A stretch of DNA of 64,000 bases from the human T2T-CHM13v2.0 reference genome, Homo sapiens, in NCBI RefSeq assembly GCF_009914755.1, contig NC_060935.1; one strand, written 5' to 3'. Made by a program: the position numbers and the translations under genes. The notes beneath the pieces were generated by a model, which searched no databases, was not told the DNA's origin, and saw nothing but the letters and a program-made list of their open reading frames with translations. Positions 32,331-50,835 of this stretch are shown piece after piece (the stretch's first letter is position 1; each line of letters begins with the position of its first letter).

Positions 32331-34214
32331 CTTGACAGGAGGATTGCATGAAGTTGGCCAGACAGCCAAAAAGAATCAGATTATCTCCAGAAATTTCTAT
32401 GTACCTTTGGGTATGACTGCATCTTGCGGTAGCTACCTTAAATTAATGTAGCACAGGTTTTAAATGCCATTTAGTTTTACCTTTCTAGTTTTAAAGTTTT
32501 GGTTATGACTCATTCATCCTATGACCTTGGACCTGTTTCCTGACATAATTGAATTCTGCACTTTATTGTTTGTTTCAAATTAAGACCTCTTTGCTACATA
32601 TAAAGATTTCCTGTTAGGGTTGCCCTTTATGTAAATTTTATTACCACTGAATGATTGTTTAATAAAAATTTCAGTCACATTCCAAACACATCAAGGAGTT
32701 CCCAGGGACCAGTTTCATATACTCAGGATCCCGATAAATGCAGTGGGAACCCTCCTTATTAAAGACAGGCTGTAAAACATGCTATTGATGAAAGTATTAA
32801 CAGCATATGCTATCAAAGTGGGAGAAAAATCAGAGTCCAGCTGGAGTAGAACTTTGCTTCATTTATTTGATGCTCACTTGGGTGATTTCATGCTCTTGGC
32901 CCCACAAATATTACAATTGCTCCCTCTGAAGGCCTATCTGGATGTATTTTTAAGGGTTATAGACTGAAGCTGAGAATGTGACCACAGAGATTTATTCTAA
33001 AGACTTTCTGTGGAAACCACTCATCATCTGCACTGAGAGAGAGGCAGTTTGGATATGAGTTTGGAAAGATTGTTTTTAAAAGCAGCAATACATTTGGTTT
33101 GAATTACAAAGCTGAAGGAGGCCAAATATAACTAAATTAGAAAAACTGGAATTAAATTGGAACCTAGAAATTCATAAGCCAGAGGAATATAACCAACATA
33201 TCTACTCACATATTAGGTCTCCCTCTGATTAGATGATGCACAATAGTGTACAAGGGTGGGAGGTGCCATCCCATTTTAAACATCATGATAAAACCTGTAG
33301 CCCCACCTTTTTATGCGGAACACAAGCAACTATAACATCAGAGCCGTGTAGAAGCATGTCTCTGATGTAGAAGCCGTGTAGAAGCATGTCTCTTCTAGTA
33401 GAAGACATGCTAAGAATCTCCAGCAGGGAGAAAAATATCCCATTCCTCCTGATAAACTGACATTGATAAAATGATATTTTCAGATGGATGAAAACTTTGG
33501 CATTATATAGCCCATATTTCTTAGACTTGATTTCATGGATCTATTGTGGGGAGGGGTAGTCAGGGGTTGAGGTTTATCCCATCATTGGAAATCATGAATT
33601 ATGTAAATAAGATGGCATGTTTATGTGTATATGAGATTTTATTGTGCAGAATTATCCGAGAAAGATAAAGAATCATCTGTTTTCTCCCACGGACTCATTT
33701 TACAGATGGAAGTACTAAGGACCAGGCTGACATCCACAGTGTCCCACAGCAAGTAACTGACAGGACTGGCTCTAAATCTTTGAATTATGGCTAATAGATG
33801 GGAGCCTGCTTGAGGCAGAGGGTCAGGGGATATAAATTGAAAACCCTGGCATGAAATTAACCTGCAGTTCAGTTTTGTTTGATCTGCATAGTTTTTTATC
33901 CATTAGGAAAAGTCACACAAATATCCAAATTCTTCTGAAAAATTGCAAGATTTAGCAACACGGATCCCACATTTCCTTGGCATGTGCTCACCAGTTTGAT
34001 CTAGTCCCTCCCACTTTCTGCTATCATGTGCTCAGCTGCTTTCCTTAGTTACCTGCCTTGCCTGATCCCTGTAACACTTGAGTTTATGATTCTGAGTGTA
34101 GAGAGTTCTAACACCTGCTGGGTCTCTTGGGAGGTTTACAAAGCTCCTTTGGGTCTGGTTCTGTGTCAGTCAGTGTAGGCTAGTTTTGTTTGTAGTTTAT
34201 ATTAAAAATACCCT

Positions 34215-34596
34215 TGATATTGTCTGGCTGTGTCCCCACCCAAATCTCATCTTGAATTGTAATCCCCACATGTTGAGGGAGGGAACTGTAATCCCCACGT
34301 CGTGGGAGGGGGTTGATTGGATCATGGGGTCAGTTTCCCCCACGCTGTTCTCATGATAATGAGTTCTCATGAGATCTGATAGCTTTATAAGGCAATTTTC
34401 CCTGCTCTTGCTGGCTCTTCTCTTTCCTGCCACCATGTGAAGAAGGTCCTTGCTTCCCCTTCACCTTCTGCCACGACTGTTAGTTTCCTGAGGCCTCCCC
34501 AGCCATGTGGAACTCTGAGTCAATTAAACCTCTTTCCTTTATAAATTACCCAGTCTCAGGTGTCTCTTTATAGCAGTGTGAGAACAGACGGATACA
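34215..34596 (+). mobile_element. THE1D/MSTA-type MaLR solo LTR nested in an older MLT1 remnant (~34160-34910)
   Basis: Starts TGATATTGTCTGGCTGTGTCCCCACCCAAATCTCATC; ends GAGAACAGACGGATACA; contains ATTAAA signal. Confidence 0.85.
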
Positions 34597-35224
34597 GTCC
34601 CCAAATTACAATGGCTTTAAATAACAGACATTTAATTATTGCTCATGAAACATACCCATCAGGATTGCTGTGATAGTCATTTAGGTATCCAGACTGATGG
34701 AGCAGCTGCCATCTCAAATGCTGTGGGCAAGAGCTCTGGATGGTGTCAAATTGGCAATTAAATGGTTGAGCCCAAAAGTGACACATGTTGCATGTGCTCA
34801 TAGCTCATTGGTCACTAACAGTCACACGGCCTCATCCAACCTTAAGGGCTTGGAGGTGTGATCCTATTGTGTGTGCAGAAGGCAGAGGCTGATGAATACT
34901 TAGTGAGCACTACTGATTCCTTTTGTCAGCCTTGTGGAAACTGAGTGGTGGGATGTAATTCCTGCATATGTGAGATTGCCTTGGGTCACCTGTGAACACC
35001 TTATCTATGATAAAAAAGCACTCTGTGTCTGAGGAACATGGAAGCAGCAAAGTCCATGTGAAGTTCAGGATGTTCTGTGGATATAGAAGCCTGCCATCTG
35101 GCCTGAATTCGAGTCCCAGATTTCTGTGTGGTACTGGGAAAATGCTCTGTATATTTGAGTCTCAGTTCTCTCATCTATAACTTAGCGTACTAATATCATC
35201 TGTCTTTATTAGCATAGCAGCCTA

Positions 35225-35557
35225 AACTGACTAAGTACTCTAAGTTATAGATGACAGAAATTTCTCACAGCTGTGGAGGCTGGAAGCCTGTGATCAGGGT
35301 ACCAGCATGATTGAGTTCTAGCGAGGGCCCTCTTCCGGGTTACAGACTGCCAACTTCTCATTGTATTCCTCTATTTCAGAAAAAGGGTCAAAAATCTCCC
35401 TGGGGTCTCTTTTATGAGGGAACTCATCTCAGTCATGAAGTTCCCACCCTCATGACCTCATCACCTCCCAAAGGCTCCATCTCCTAATACCATCTCATGG
35501 AGATTAGAGTCTCAGCATATGAATTTGGAGGAGACAAGGACATTCAGTCAATTGCAC
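35225..35557 (-). mobile_element. MLT1A-like LTR, antisense
   Basis: TTTCTCACAGCTGTGGAGGCTGGAAG and CACCTCCCAAAGGCTCCATCTCCTAATACCATC motifs. Confidence 0.7.
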
Positions 35558-36673
35558 CATCTTCTGAGTTTTTATAGATAATTACATTAAACAAATTCAG
35601 AGAGTAGGTATGAAGCCCAATATTGTATCTCTATCAGTAGTAGTTGCGATTTTTGAGGGTGCTACATTGTAGTGGCTATAAAATGGGTTCACATGTAGCT
35701 ATAAGACTTTGGGAAAGTCATCATACTTCTCTGTGCCTTAATTTACTGACCTTAAAAATGAACAGTACTATGCCTGTGCCTTAAAATCATTATGATGATT
35801 CAATGAGGTTTTGTATGAAAAGCATTTTACAAAAATTAAGCACTTGATATATATAGCATACTAGTATTTTAAAAATATCATGTGGATTAGTATGCAGATA
35901 CACAAATTCTTTCATTTCTTTTTAAAAAAACTCAAAAATACCACTAACAATTCTAGACCAAAGAGGTCTAAAAAGCTCTCTAGGGTCCCTTTTATAAAGA
36001 TACTAATCCCAGTGATCTCATTAGTCTCATCTACTCTGCTAACCAACATTACTATCATTTTATTGGAGCATGTTTCTGTCTGAAAATGTTTTTACTTTAT
36101 AACCTTCTTAGGTATAAGACTCTCTGTTGTCCAGACTACAGGACTTCCTGGTGTTTTCTAATGAGGATGAACTCTATTCTGAGAATTTGGCAGCTCTGCT
36201 TGTCTTTGACCCACGTGGTACATTTGTGCAGCAGTCAGAAATTTATAACACAGTTCAGGGAGCTGCTGCCAGTACTCATCAGTGCCAAGCTGCTTAGGCA
36301 AAAATGTGGGGAACATTTTGTCTTATCTATTCAACTCCTTCCCTAAGAACCCAATGAACAAACTGACCCTAGAGAATCAAGCAATCAAGGAGATTACTAT
36401 TGCCACAGATCCTCTTGTGAGTATCCCAGACAAGCATAAGAGAAATGGAAGATATTAGAGGCCAAAAGAAAAAAAAAAATCAAGAAATACAGAAAAGGGT
36501 GGTTGTCTGTACCTGAAACTTGAATCTCAGTTCTCCAAATATGAAAGTCTTTAAGAACACCACCAAAGGGCAAGCAAGCACACTTTTTGGAAGACTATCA
36601 AGAGCTTTATTATTTTAATTCTCCTGACACTACTCTGCAAGATAGTTTTATTTGTCGCCCTCCCCCCCCCCGC

Positions 36674-37002
<329 letters not shown>

Positions 37003-37115
37003 TAGATGGGGAAAGTGAGGCCCAGAGAGGTTAAGAAATTGTCTAAGGTCAAGTGGACACATGGTGAATCTTCAATTTATATCAGACCTAACTAGTTCTT
37101 TCCACTATACCATGT

Positions 37116-39400
37116 TGACATGGTTTCACTGTGTTCCCATAAAAATTTCAACTTGAAATGTATCTCCCAGAATTTTCATGTGTTGTGGGAGAGACCTAGA
37201 AGGAGGTAATTGAATCATGGGGGCTGGTCTTTCCCATGCTATTCTCGTGATAGTGAATAAGTCTCATGAGATCTGATGGGTTTATCAGGAGTTTCTGCTT
37301 TTGCTTCTTCCTCATTCTCTCTTGCTGCCACCCTATAAGAAGTGTCTTTCACCTCTCACCATGATTCTGAGGCCTCCCCAGCCATGTGGAACTGTAAGTC
37401 CAATTAAACCTCTTTTTCTTCCCAGTCTTGGGTATGTTTTTCTTAGCAGCGTGAAAATGAACTAATACAGTAAATTGGTACCAGTAGGGTGTGGTGTTGC
37501 TGAAAAGATACCCAAAAATGTGGAAATGACTTTAGAACTGGGTAACAGGCAGAGGCTGGAACAGTTTGGAGAGCTCGGGAGAAGACAGGAAAATGTGGGG
37601 AAGTTTGGAACTTCCTAGAGACTTGTTGAATGGCTTTGCCCAAAATGCTGATAGCGATATGGACAATAAGGTCCAAGCTGAGGAGACCTCAGATGGAGAT
37701 GAGGAAACTTGTTGGAAACTGGAGTAAAGGTGACACTTGTTATGTTTCAGCAAAGGGACTGAAGGCATTTTGCCCCTGCCCTAAGGATCTGTGGAACTTT
37801 GAACTTGAGAAAGATGATTTAGGGTATCTGACAGAAGAAATTTCTAAACAGCAAAGCATTCAAGAGGTGTCTTGGGTTCTTTTAAAGGCATTCAGTTTTG
37901 TAAGGGAAGCAGAGCATAAAAGTTTGAAAAATTTGCAGCCTATGTGACAGAAAAGAAAAATCCATTTTTGGGGGGAGAAGTTCAAGCCAATTATAGAAAT
38001 GTGCATAAGTAGCATTGAGCCTAATGTTAATCCCCAAGACCATGGGGAAAATGTATCCAGGCCATGTCAGAGACCTTCATGGCAGCTGCTCCCATCACAG
38101 GTCCAGAGGCCCATGAGGAAAAACTGGCTTCATGGGTCGGGCCCAGGGTCCCCGTGCTGTGTGCAGCCTAGGGAGTTGGTACCCTGTGTCTCAGCTGCTC
38201 CAGCCATGGCTGAAAGGGGCCAGTGTACATCTCGGGTTGTGGCTTCAGAGGGGGGAATCCCCAAGCCTTGGCAGCTTCCATATGGTGTTGGGCCTGTGGG
38301 TGCACAGAAGTCAAGAATTGAGATTTGGGAACCTCCGCATAGATTTCAGAAGATGTATGGAAATGCCTGTATGCCCAGGCAAAAGTTTTCTGTAGGGGTG
38401 GGGCCCTCATGGAGAACCTCTGCTAGGGCAATGTGGAAGGGAAATGTGGGGTTGGATCCCCCACACAGAGTCCCTACTGGGGCACTGCCTAGTGGAGCTG
38501 TGAGAAGAGGGCCACTGTCCTCCAGACACCAGAATGGTAGATCCACTAACAGCTTGCAATGTGCGCCTGGAAAAGCCGCAGATGCTCAAGGCCAGACTGT
38601 GAAAGCAGCCAGTAGGGAAGCTGTATCCTGCAAAGCCACAAGGGCAGAGCTGATGAAGAACATGGGAACCCACCTCTTGCATCAGCATGACCTGGATGTG
38701 AGATCCGGAGTCAAAGATGATGATTTTGGAGCTTTAAAATTTGACCACCTCACTTGATTTTGGACTTGCAGGGGCCCTGTAACCTCTTTGTTTTGGCAAT
38801 TTTCTCTCATTTGGAATGGCTGTATTTACCCAATACTTGTACCCCCATTGCATCTAGGAAGTAACTAGCTTGCTTTTGATTGTACAGGCTCATAGGAGGA
38901 AGAGACTTGCATTGACTTAGATGAGACTTTGGACTGTGGACTTTTGGGTTAATGCTGAAATGAGTTAAGACTTTGGGGGACTGTTGGGAAGGCATGATTC
39001 CTCTTTAAATGTGAGGACATGAGATTTGGAGGGGCCAGGGGTGGAGTGATACAGTTTGACTGTGTCCCCATTCAAATCTCAACTTGAATTGTATCTCCCA
39101 GAATTCTCAAATGTTGTGGGAGGGACCTAGGGGGAGATAACTTAATTATGAGGGCCGGTCTTTCCCGTGCTAATCTCATGATAGTGAATAAGTCTCATGA
39201 GATCTGATAGGTTTATCAGGAGTTTCCACTTTTGCTTCTTCCTCATTCTCTCTTGGTGCCACCATGGAAGAAGTGCCTTTCACTTCCTGCCATGATTCTG
39301 AGGCCTTCCCAGCCATGTGGAACTGTAAGTCCAATTAAACCTCTTTTTCTTCTCAGTCTCAGGTATATCTTTATCAGCAACGTGAAAATGGACTAATATA
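37116..39400 (+). mobile_element. Full-length THE1 (THE1A/B-like) MaLR provirus: LTR 37116-37469, internal 37470-39046, LTR 39047-39400
   Basis: Two ~354-bp direct LTRs; internal begins GTAAATTGGTACCAG; purine-rich tract before the 3' LTR; decayed TSD CATGT / TGTGT. Confidence 0.93.
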
Positions 39401-40985
39401 TGTGTATTTTCTCCTAGCAGGGGAAACGTTAACTCCCAAATGTCAGCTTTAGAGTCCCCTCAAGATGTGGCCTAGAGAGGTTAATATGTTTCTCAGAGAG
39501 ATAAAATAATTAGCTGAAGATTTCAGGGCTGGTAAGTTGGGGTACTGGCTCAAAAGCTCACATTCTCTTCCTGGTTCCTGGTTCCATACAGCTCTTCAAA
39601 TCAGGTAGGGCTGGGTGCAAATAGACTACTTCAAGCTTCCCCAATCACCGGGAATTTTAGGGACTCGTTCAGGGATTTCCCCAACGCGCTTTAGTGCAAA
39701 AGGATAAATGCCAAGCCTAGCCAGTTTCTGCTGGCTTTGGAACAAAGAGCTGTGGTGAAAGCCTGCATTCTAATCTACCACATGGGGGCTGTGCCATACT
39801 GTTCCTACACTGCTGAGTGGATTTGCATTTTAAATGAATCTGCTGGCCAAAGATCACTTTAAGTTTTCATCTGCCTTTTGCAGGCAACTCTGCACTTTCC
39901 TGTGCTGACTGAAACAAAGTATAACACCAGTCCTGCCCAGGCAAGCTGCTTCTAGTGAATAGGAAGTGAGCAACACTGGATTCCAGCCCAGGGGGAGAGA
40001 GGTGAGAGGTGAGGTCAGCACATCTGGTTTCTGCCCTCAGACTTCTTTACAGATGAGGGAAAGGTGCGCTCTTCAAAAGGACAGTCAAGCAGGTCCCAAG
40101 AGACCCCAAGAGATCTCAGCTGTCCCCTACCTGGGGGATGTCAGGCTTCTTCAGCATCAAGCTGGCAGAGGCTCCAAGGCCTGGTGTGGAAGGGCAGAGC
40201 AGTTTTCCCATGTGATGGGGAACTTGTTTCAGAGGTGTCAAGAGATCCACACTAAGCCTGGTGCTATAAACTCCAGCTGGTTCCCAACTGAAGTTTCGGG
40301 GGGAAGGGGAAGGAGGGTGATTTCTAGGATAGGGGAAATATGCCATTGGTTGAATATAGGATTTTACTTATCTCGATATGTCTTGGAAAATTTCCTTAGG
40401 TTTCGGGAGACTCAGAACCCTCCAGAGTTTCAATTTCAGAGGCTAAGTCTTTGAGGGTCCCATCAAGAAATATAAACAGTACAGCCTGCTGGTGATAAAA
40501 ACAATGGTGGTAGTGAGGAGAGGAGGATACTGAGGGAAATGTTTCTTCTTGACTCACGATAGCTCCTTTCTGTGAAAGGGTGCAATTGACAGAAACACTG
40601 GGGCTTCACCTGTGGCATCACTTTCTCTACCTTAGCAAGGAGGAGGGAATTATCTGGTTGGAAAATTTCAGAAAAAAAAAAAACTAGCTCTTCCTTTTTG
40701 TCCTCTCAGATGTTAACTCATCAGTAGAAATGTGAGTTCTTGCCAGCTTCTCCATGCTGTAAGTCTTATGTGGCACAACTGCCTGAGTTGGTTGTGTTAA
40801 TCTACCTGCCAGAGGGTTGAGGGTGGGAGTACCTGAAACCGTTGAATCCTGCAAATACAAACCACAGCTTCCATTCTAGTCTTTATCTGTCATACAGGTT
40901 AGAGTTGCACTTTCCAATCTGCAACTTTTGTGTCTTGTTTCTGTGCGAAGAATGTCGGTGTGGATGGGCACATTTATTGTGCCCC

Positions 40986-41427
40986 TGTGATAGTTAATTT
41001 TATGTGTCAACTTGGTGAGGCTATGGCACCTAGTTGTTTCATCAAATGCCAGTGTATATGTTACTATGAAAATATTTTTAGATGTGATTAACATTTAAAT
41101 CAGTTGACTTTAAGTAGAGCATATTTGTGTCCATAATGTGGGTAGGCCTCATTCAATCAGTTGAAGGCTTTCAGAGCCAAGACTGAGATTTCCCAAGAAA
41201 GCAGCAATTCTGACTCACGACTGCAACATACAAACCCTGCCCGAGTTCCCAGCCTACCAACTCAAGACTGCAACACCAACACAACTGAATTTCCAGCCTG
41301 CCAGCTTGCCCTACAGATGTAGACTGGTTAGCTCCCACGGTTGCATAAGCTAATTCCTTGAAATAAATCTCTCTCTCATATATGTCTCCTAATGGTTCTG
41401 TTTCTCAGAAGAACTCTGGCTTATACA
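40986..41427 (+). mobile_element. MLT2 (MLT2D-like) ERVL solo LTR
   Basis: Starts TGTGATAGTTAATTTTATGTGTCAACTTGG; ends GGTTCTGTTTCTCAGAAGAACTCTGGCTTATACA. Confidence 0.8.
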
Positions 41428-41479
41428 GTCGCTCATGATCCCCACACATAATGACTAGTAACTGTGGCTGATATCATTG

Positions 41480-41630
41480 AGTCCTCAACTAATCCTCACA
41501 ATTACTTACAAGGTAGGCAATAGCATTCCTCCCATTTTAAAGATGGGGGAGCTTTGATGTGAAACAGTTAAGTAATTTGCTCAAGGCTGTGCAACCAGTA
41601 AGTGGAGATGCAGCATTTGAATTCAAATTT
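41480..41630 (-). mobile_element. MIR, antisense
   Basis: CCCATTTTAAAGATGGGG..GTTAAGTAATTTGCTCAAGG. Confidence 0.65.
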
Positions 41631-42799
41631 TCCTGAAACCATAACTTACGTATTTAACTATTATTGCACACAGCCTCCACACCAGAAAAGGAAGTCCTAC
41701 TCAAAGTTATGATATAGTGCATAGTTAAGTTGAATACACCCATTTGATCATAGTCAAGAGAGGAAAGTCTTTGTCTGTTAGTCTTATGCTCAGTGTTTGT
41801 ATTTTGAGTGTCTCTCTGTTTCAGTGCTGGATGAAAGAAGTACATGTTAAAGCTGATAGTAATAACCCAATGCTTACTTCTCTGGCCAGCCTCATTAGTG
41901 CTTCCATCCCTTAGTTTGGGATGTGATCTATGGTTCTGAGTGTTCTTTTTGTATTTGTTACTCTAATATTTAACATAATCAACAACTCTCAATGATGGCT
42001 ATACGAAGCACACATACCAGCAGGGATAGTGGCATGAAGAAATCAAAGAATCCTCATTGATAAAATTCACCTTTGAGGATTTATTCATACATTCATCTGT
42101 CTCTTCATGCATTTATCTGGTAGTCGACCAGAAAAGTTTATTGAGAAGTTATTCTGTGCATGTATTTTTATTTCATTCATTTATTCAGAAATGAAATTAT
42201 TATTACATACTCTGTCTCGGTAGGTGGATTCTCCCAAATTCACCCTCATTTTCACACCCTGCTTTCAACTTCTCTCTCATCTACCTCTTGGAAATGTACC
42301 TAACCCGTTTCTATTCCCTCAGAGCCTCGCTCTATATTTTCCATGATGATATTTGATAAATACAGAGAAATGGATTAATGGAATTGAATGGCATAATGGT
42401 TAACACATACTCACTTTAAGTGAGATTGTTTTAAAAGCACATCATCTTCATGCAGAAGCAATAACTTTTATGATGGACACTTTAGGCAATACATTATGAG
42501 TGGTTTTGGTCTGATGAGCCTTCCCAGTGTCCATTCAATCTCACTACCCATGTTGAGGGTAGCACTACCATTTTATCAGAAGCCAGCAATATGTCATCTT
42601 GCATGACATATTACTTGTTCACGGGATGATTTTATCATAAAATAAAAAGAACCAAATAAGTGTTTGCATTAAGAAAGTATTTATGTAAGGAAAAGACAAT
42701 GATTGAAAGAGGCCGACTTCAAAGTGTATCCTCTCTGGCTTCACAAAAATACTACTTTACTCCTTTGACAGACACTGAAGCTGCTTAATTAATAGCCAT

Positions 42800-43260
42800 A
42801 TTCCTGAACCAACATTTTGGTTAGGATGTAATTCCCACCAATATTTTGGTTAGGTTGTCTAGGTAAAAGACTGTATTTTCCATGCTCCATGTATCTAGCT
42901 ATTAGGGTGTTTCTTCTAGAAAGGTTCTACAAGTAATGCTGACTCAGCTAAGAGGTGTTTCCTTTTGTTTTTCCCTCTTCTTCCTGCCTGCAAAGCAGAC
43001 ATAAAGGCTGTAGATTCGGCAGCCATTTTGGAACATGAAGCAATGTTAAGAATTGAAGACATATAATAGTATTGTAGAGTGTAAAGATACGGAGAGTTTG
43101 GGTCCTTGGTGAGTAGGGAATTATTACCTCCATATTGGACTACCAACATCCAGAATTCTTTGATGTAAAGAAGATATACATTTCTGCCTCATTTCAAACT
43201 TCAATTTTTGTTTCCATGTATGTGTTCTACTCACCTGAATCTGAAGGCAACTAACACATC
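42800..43260 (+). mobile_element. Probable old MLT1-family LTR remnant
   Basis: GGCAGCCATTTTGGAACATGAAG motif; diverged. Confidence 0.45.
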
Positions 43261-43317
43261 CCCCAAGTTTATCATTAAAACCTATGAACTATATTATTCC
43301 AATAATAATGTTTCATT

Positions 43318-43670
<353 letters not shown>

Positions 43671-44648
43671 CTACAGCTCCCAGCATGAGTGACACAGAAG
43701 ATGGGTGATTTCTGCATTTCCAACTGAGGTACAGGGTTCATCTCACTGGGGCTTGTCAGACAGTGGGTGCAGGACAGCGGGTGCAGCGCATCAAGCGTGA
43801 GCCGAAGCAGGGTGGGGCATTGCCTCACCGAGGAAGTGAAAGGGGTCAGGGAATTCCCTTTCCTAGCCAAGCAAAGATGTGACAGCACCTGGAAAATCAG
43901 GTCACTCCAACCCTAATACTGCGCTTTTCCAATCGTCTTAGCAAACAGCACACCAGGAGATTATATCCCGTGCCTGTCTCGGAGGGTCCCAAGCCCACGG
44001 AGCCTCACTCATAGCTAGCACAGCAGTCTGAGATCGAACTGCAAGGCAGCAGTGAGGCTGGGAGAGGGGCACCCGCCATTGCTGAGGCTTAAGTAGGTAA
44101 ACAAAGTGACCGGGAAGCTCAATCTGGGTGCAGTCCACCGCAGCTCAAGGCCTGCCTGCCTCTCTAGACTCCACCTCTGGGGGCAAGGCATAGCTGAACA
44201 AAAGGCAGCAGAAACCTCTGCAGACTTAAATGTCCCTGTCTGACAGCTTTGAAGAGAGAAATGGTTCTCCCAGCATGGAGTTTGAGATCTGAGAATGGAC
44301 AGACTCCCTCCTCAAGTGGGTCCCTGAATCCTGAGTAGCCTAATTGGGAGGCACCCTGCAGTAGGGGCTGACTGACACTTCATATGATCAGGTACCCCTG
44401 AGACGAAACTTCCAGAGGAACAATCAGGCAGTGACATTTGCTGTTCAGCAATATTCGCTGTTCTGCAGCCTCCACTGCCGATACACAGGCAAACAGGGTC
44501 TGGAGGGGACGTTCAGCAAACTCCAACAGACCTGCAGGTGAGTGTACTGACTGTTGGAAGGAAAACTAACAAACAGAAAAGACATTCACACCAAAACCCA
44601 TGTGTACGTCACCATCCTCAAAGATCAAAGGTAGATAAAACCACAAAG

Positions 44649-45672
44649 ATGGGGAAAAAACACAGCAGAAAGGCTGAAAATTCTAAAAATTGGAGTGCCT
44701 CTCCCCCTACAAAGGAACGCAGCTCCTCACCAGCAATGGAAAAAAGCTGGACAGAGAATGACGAGTTGAGAGAAGACAGCATCAGATGATCAAACTTCTC
44801 CGAGCTAAAGGAGGAAGTTCAAACCCATCACAAAGAAGCTAAAAACCTTAAAAAAGATTAGACGAATGGGTAACTAGAATAACAAGTGTAGACAAGTCCT
44901 TAAATTCTCTACACCGATGGACCTGATGGAGCTGAAAACCATGGAACGAGAACTACATGATGAATGCACAAGCTTCAGCAGCTGATTAGATCAACTGGAA
45001 GAAAGGATATCAGTGACAGAAGATCAAATGTATGAAATGAGGTGATAAGAGAAGTTTAGAGAAAAAAGAGTAAAAAGAAATACATGAAGCCTCCCAGAAA
45101 TATGGGAGTATGTGAAAAGACCAAATCTACGTCTGACTGGTGTACCTGAAAGTGATGGGGAGAATAGAACCAAGTTGGAAAACACTCTGCAGGATATTAT
45201 CCAGGAGAACTTCCCCAACCTAGCAAGGCAGGGCGACATTCAAATTCAGGAAATACAGAGAACACCACAAAGATACTCCTCGAGAAGAGCAACTCCAAGA
45301 CACATAATTGTCAGATTCACCAAAGTTGAAATGAAGGAAAAAATGTTAAGGGCAGCCAGAGAGAAAGGTCGGGTTACCTACAAAGGGAAGCCCATCAGAC
45401 TAACAGCTGATCTCTCAGCAGAAACTCTACAAGCCAGAAGAGAGTGGGGGCCAATATTCAACCTTCTTGAAGAAAAGAATTTTCAACCCAGAATTTCATG
45501 TCCAGCCAAACTAAGCTTCATAAGTGAAGGAGAAATAAAATACTTTACAGACAAGCAAAGGCTGAGAGATTTTGTCACCACCAGGCCGGCCCTGCAAGAG
45601 CTCCCGAAGGAAGCACTAAATATGGAAAGGAACAACCGGTACCAGCCACTGCAAAAACATGCAAAATTGGAA
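44649..45672 (+). pseudogene. L1 ORF1p remnant (disrupted)
   Basis: MGKKHSRKAENSK start; ORF 45112-45708 carries RPNLRLTGVPE..REKG..ARR motifs; premature stops upstream; normal stop appears mutated. Confidence 0.9.
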
Positions 45673-45735
45673 AGCGCATCGATGCTAGGAAGAAACTGCA
45701 TCAACTAACGAGCAAAATAACCAGTTAACATCATA

Positions 45736-49559
<3,824 letters not shown>

Positions 49560-50349
49560 ACAATGAGAACACATGGACACAGGAAGGGGAACATCACACA
49601 CCGGGGACTGTTGTGGGGTGAGGGGAGGGGGGAGGGATAGCATTAGGAGATATACCTAATGCTACATGACGAGTTAATGGTTGCAGCACACCAATATGGC
49701 ACATGTATACATATGTAACGAACCTGCACGTTGTGCACATGTACCCTAAAACTTAAAGTATAATAATAATAAAATTAAAAAAAAGATCAAGACTTATGGC
49801 CCAAAGGGCCTATAGCTGGTCTGACCATCTATCAAAAAATCTGAATTTAAATGGAGACACATTGGATTGTGACATGAAATAAAATAACTAAAGCAGCAGA
49901 GGGTCTTGATTTGGGTTTCCTTTCCACCCTACACAGCTCCAGTGAATGGAAGAGTGAGCATGCCTGTGGTGCTCCTGACACATCTGGGGTGGTTCCCATT
50001 GACAGTGGTCAACCTTTGGGATTTGCTACACATTGCAGGGTCATTGTCCATCTATGCTAACCTAGAATGTCCAGATAAAAGCTCCTGTTTAGAGACTGGA
50101 GAGAAAATTGTCAAACCTGAAGGCCCATGAACTGTCTTAGTCTGGGGAGAACACATGTAGGAAAGACTACAGAATCTGATGTAAGAAGCCTAATTTCAGA
50201 TTGACCCATATAGCTTTATGATTGTGAGTAAATTACCTTACTTTTCAATGCTCTGTTATTCTCTCATCCATGAGAAAAGTAAACCAAATAGTCTCCCAGA
50301 TCCCTTCCAATCTTAACATCCTCTGACTTTATGATTAAAGAGTGATACT

Positions 50350-50644
50350 CGCTGGGTGCAGTGGCTCACGCCTGTAATCCCAGTACTTTGGGAGGCTGAG
50401 GTGAGCAGATCACCTGAGGTGGGGAGTTTGAGACCAGCCTGACAAACACGAAGAAACCCTGTCTCTACTATTTTTACAGAATTAGCCAGGTGTGGTGATG
50501 CATGCCTGTAATCCCAGCTACTCTGGAGGCTCAGCGAGAACTGCTTGAATCTGGGAGGCAGATTTTTTGGTTAGCGAAGATTGCACCATTGCACTCCAGC
50601 CTGAGCAACAAGAACAAATCTCCACCTCAAAAAAAAAAAAAAAA
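50350..50644 (+). mobile_element. AluSp/Sq-like
   Basis: Dimer with poly-A; TSD AA(G/A)AGTGATACT. Confidence 0.93.
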
Positions 50645-50835
50645 GTGATACTAGTAAGGCTAAAACTGTGGCTTAACCCCAATAGGAGCCTGCTGGGATT
50701 ATGCTAAGCAAAACTATTCCACACAGAGCCATTCTGACCATGTCCCTCCCTACACCAGCTATCATACAGATATGGACTACTGGTATGAGAAGTCCCTGCT
50801 ACAGAGGACATTGACTGATTCAATAACAGACTGAT

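Noticed and set aside
39966-40454. 162-aa ORF as a real gene
   Set aside because: GTG start, no recognisable domain, no promoter or CpG island; length is compatible with chance in moderately GC-rich DNA.
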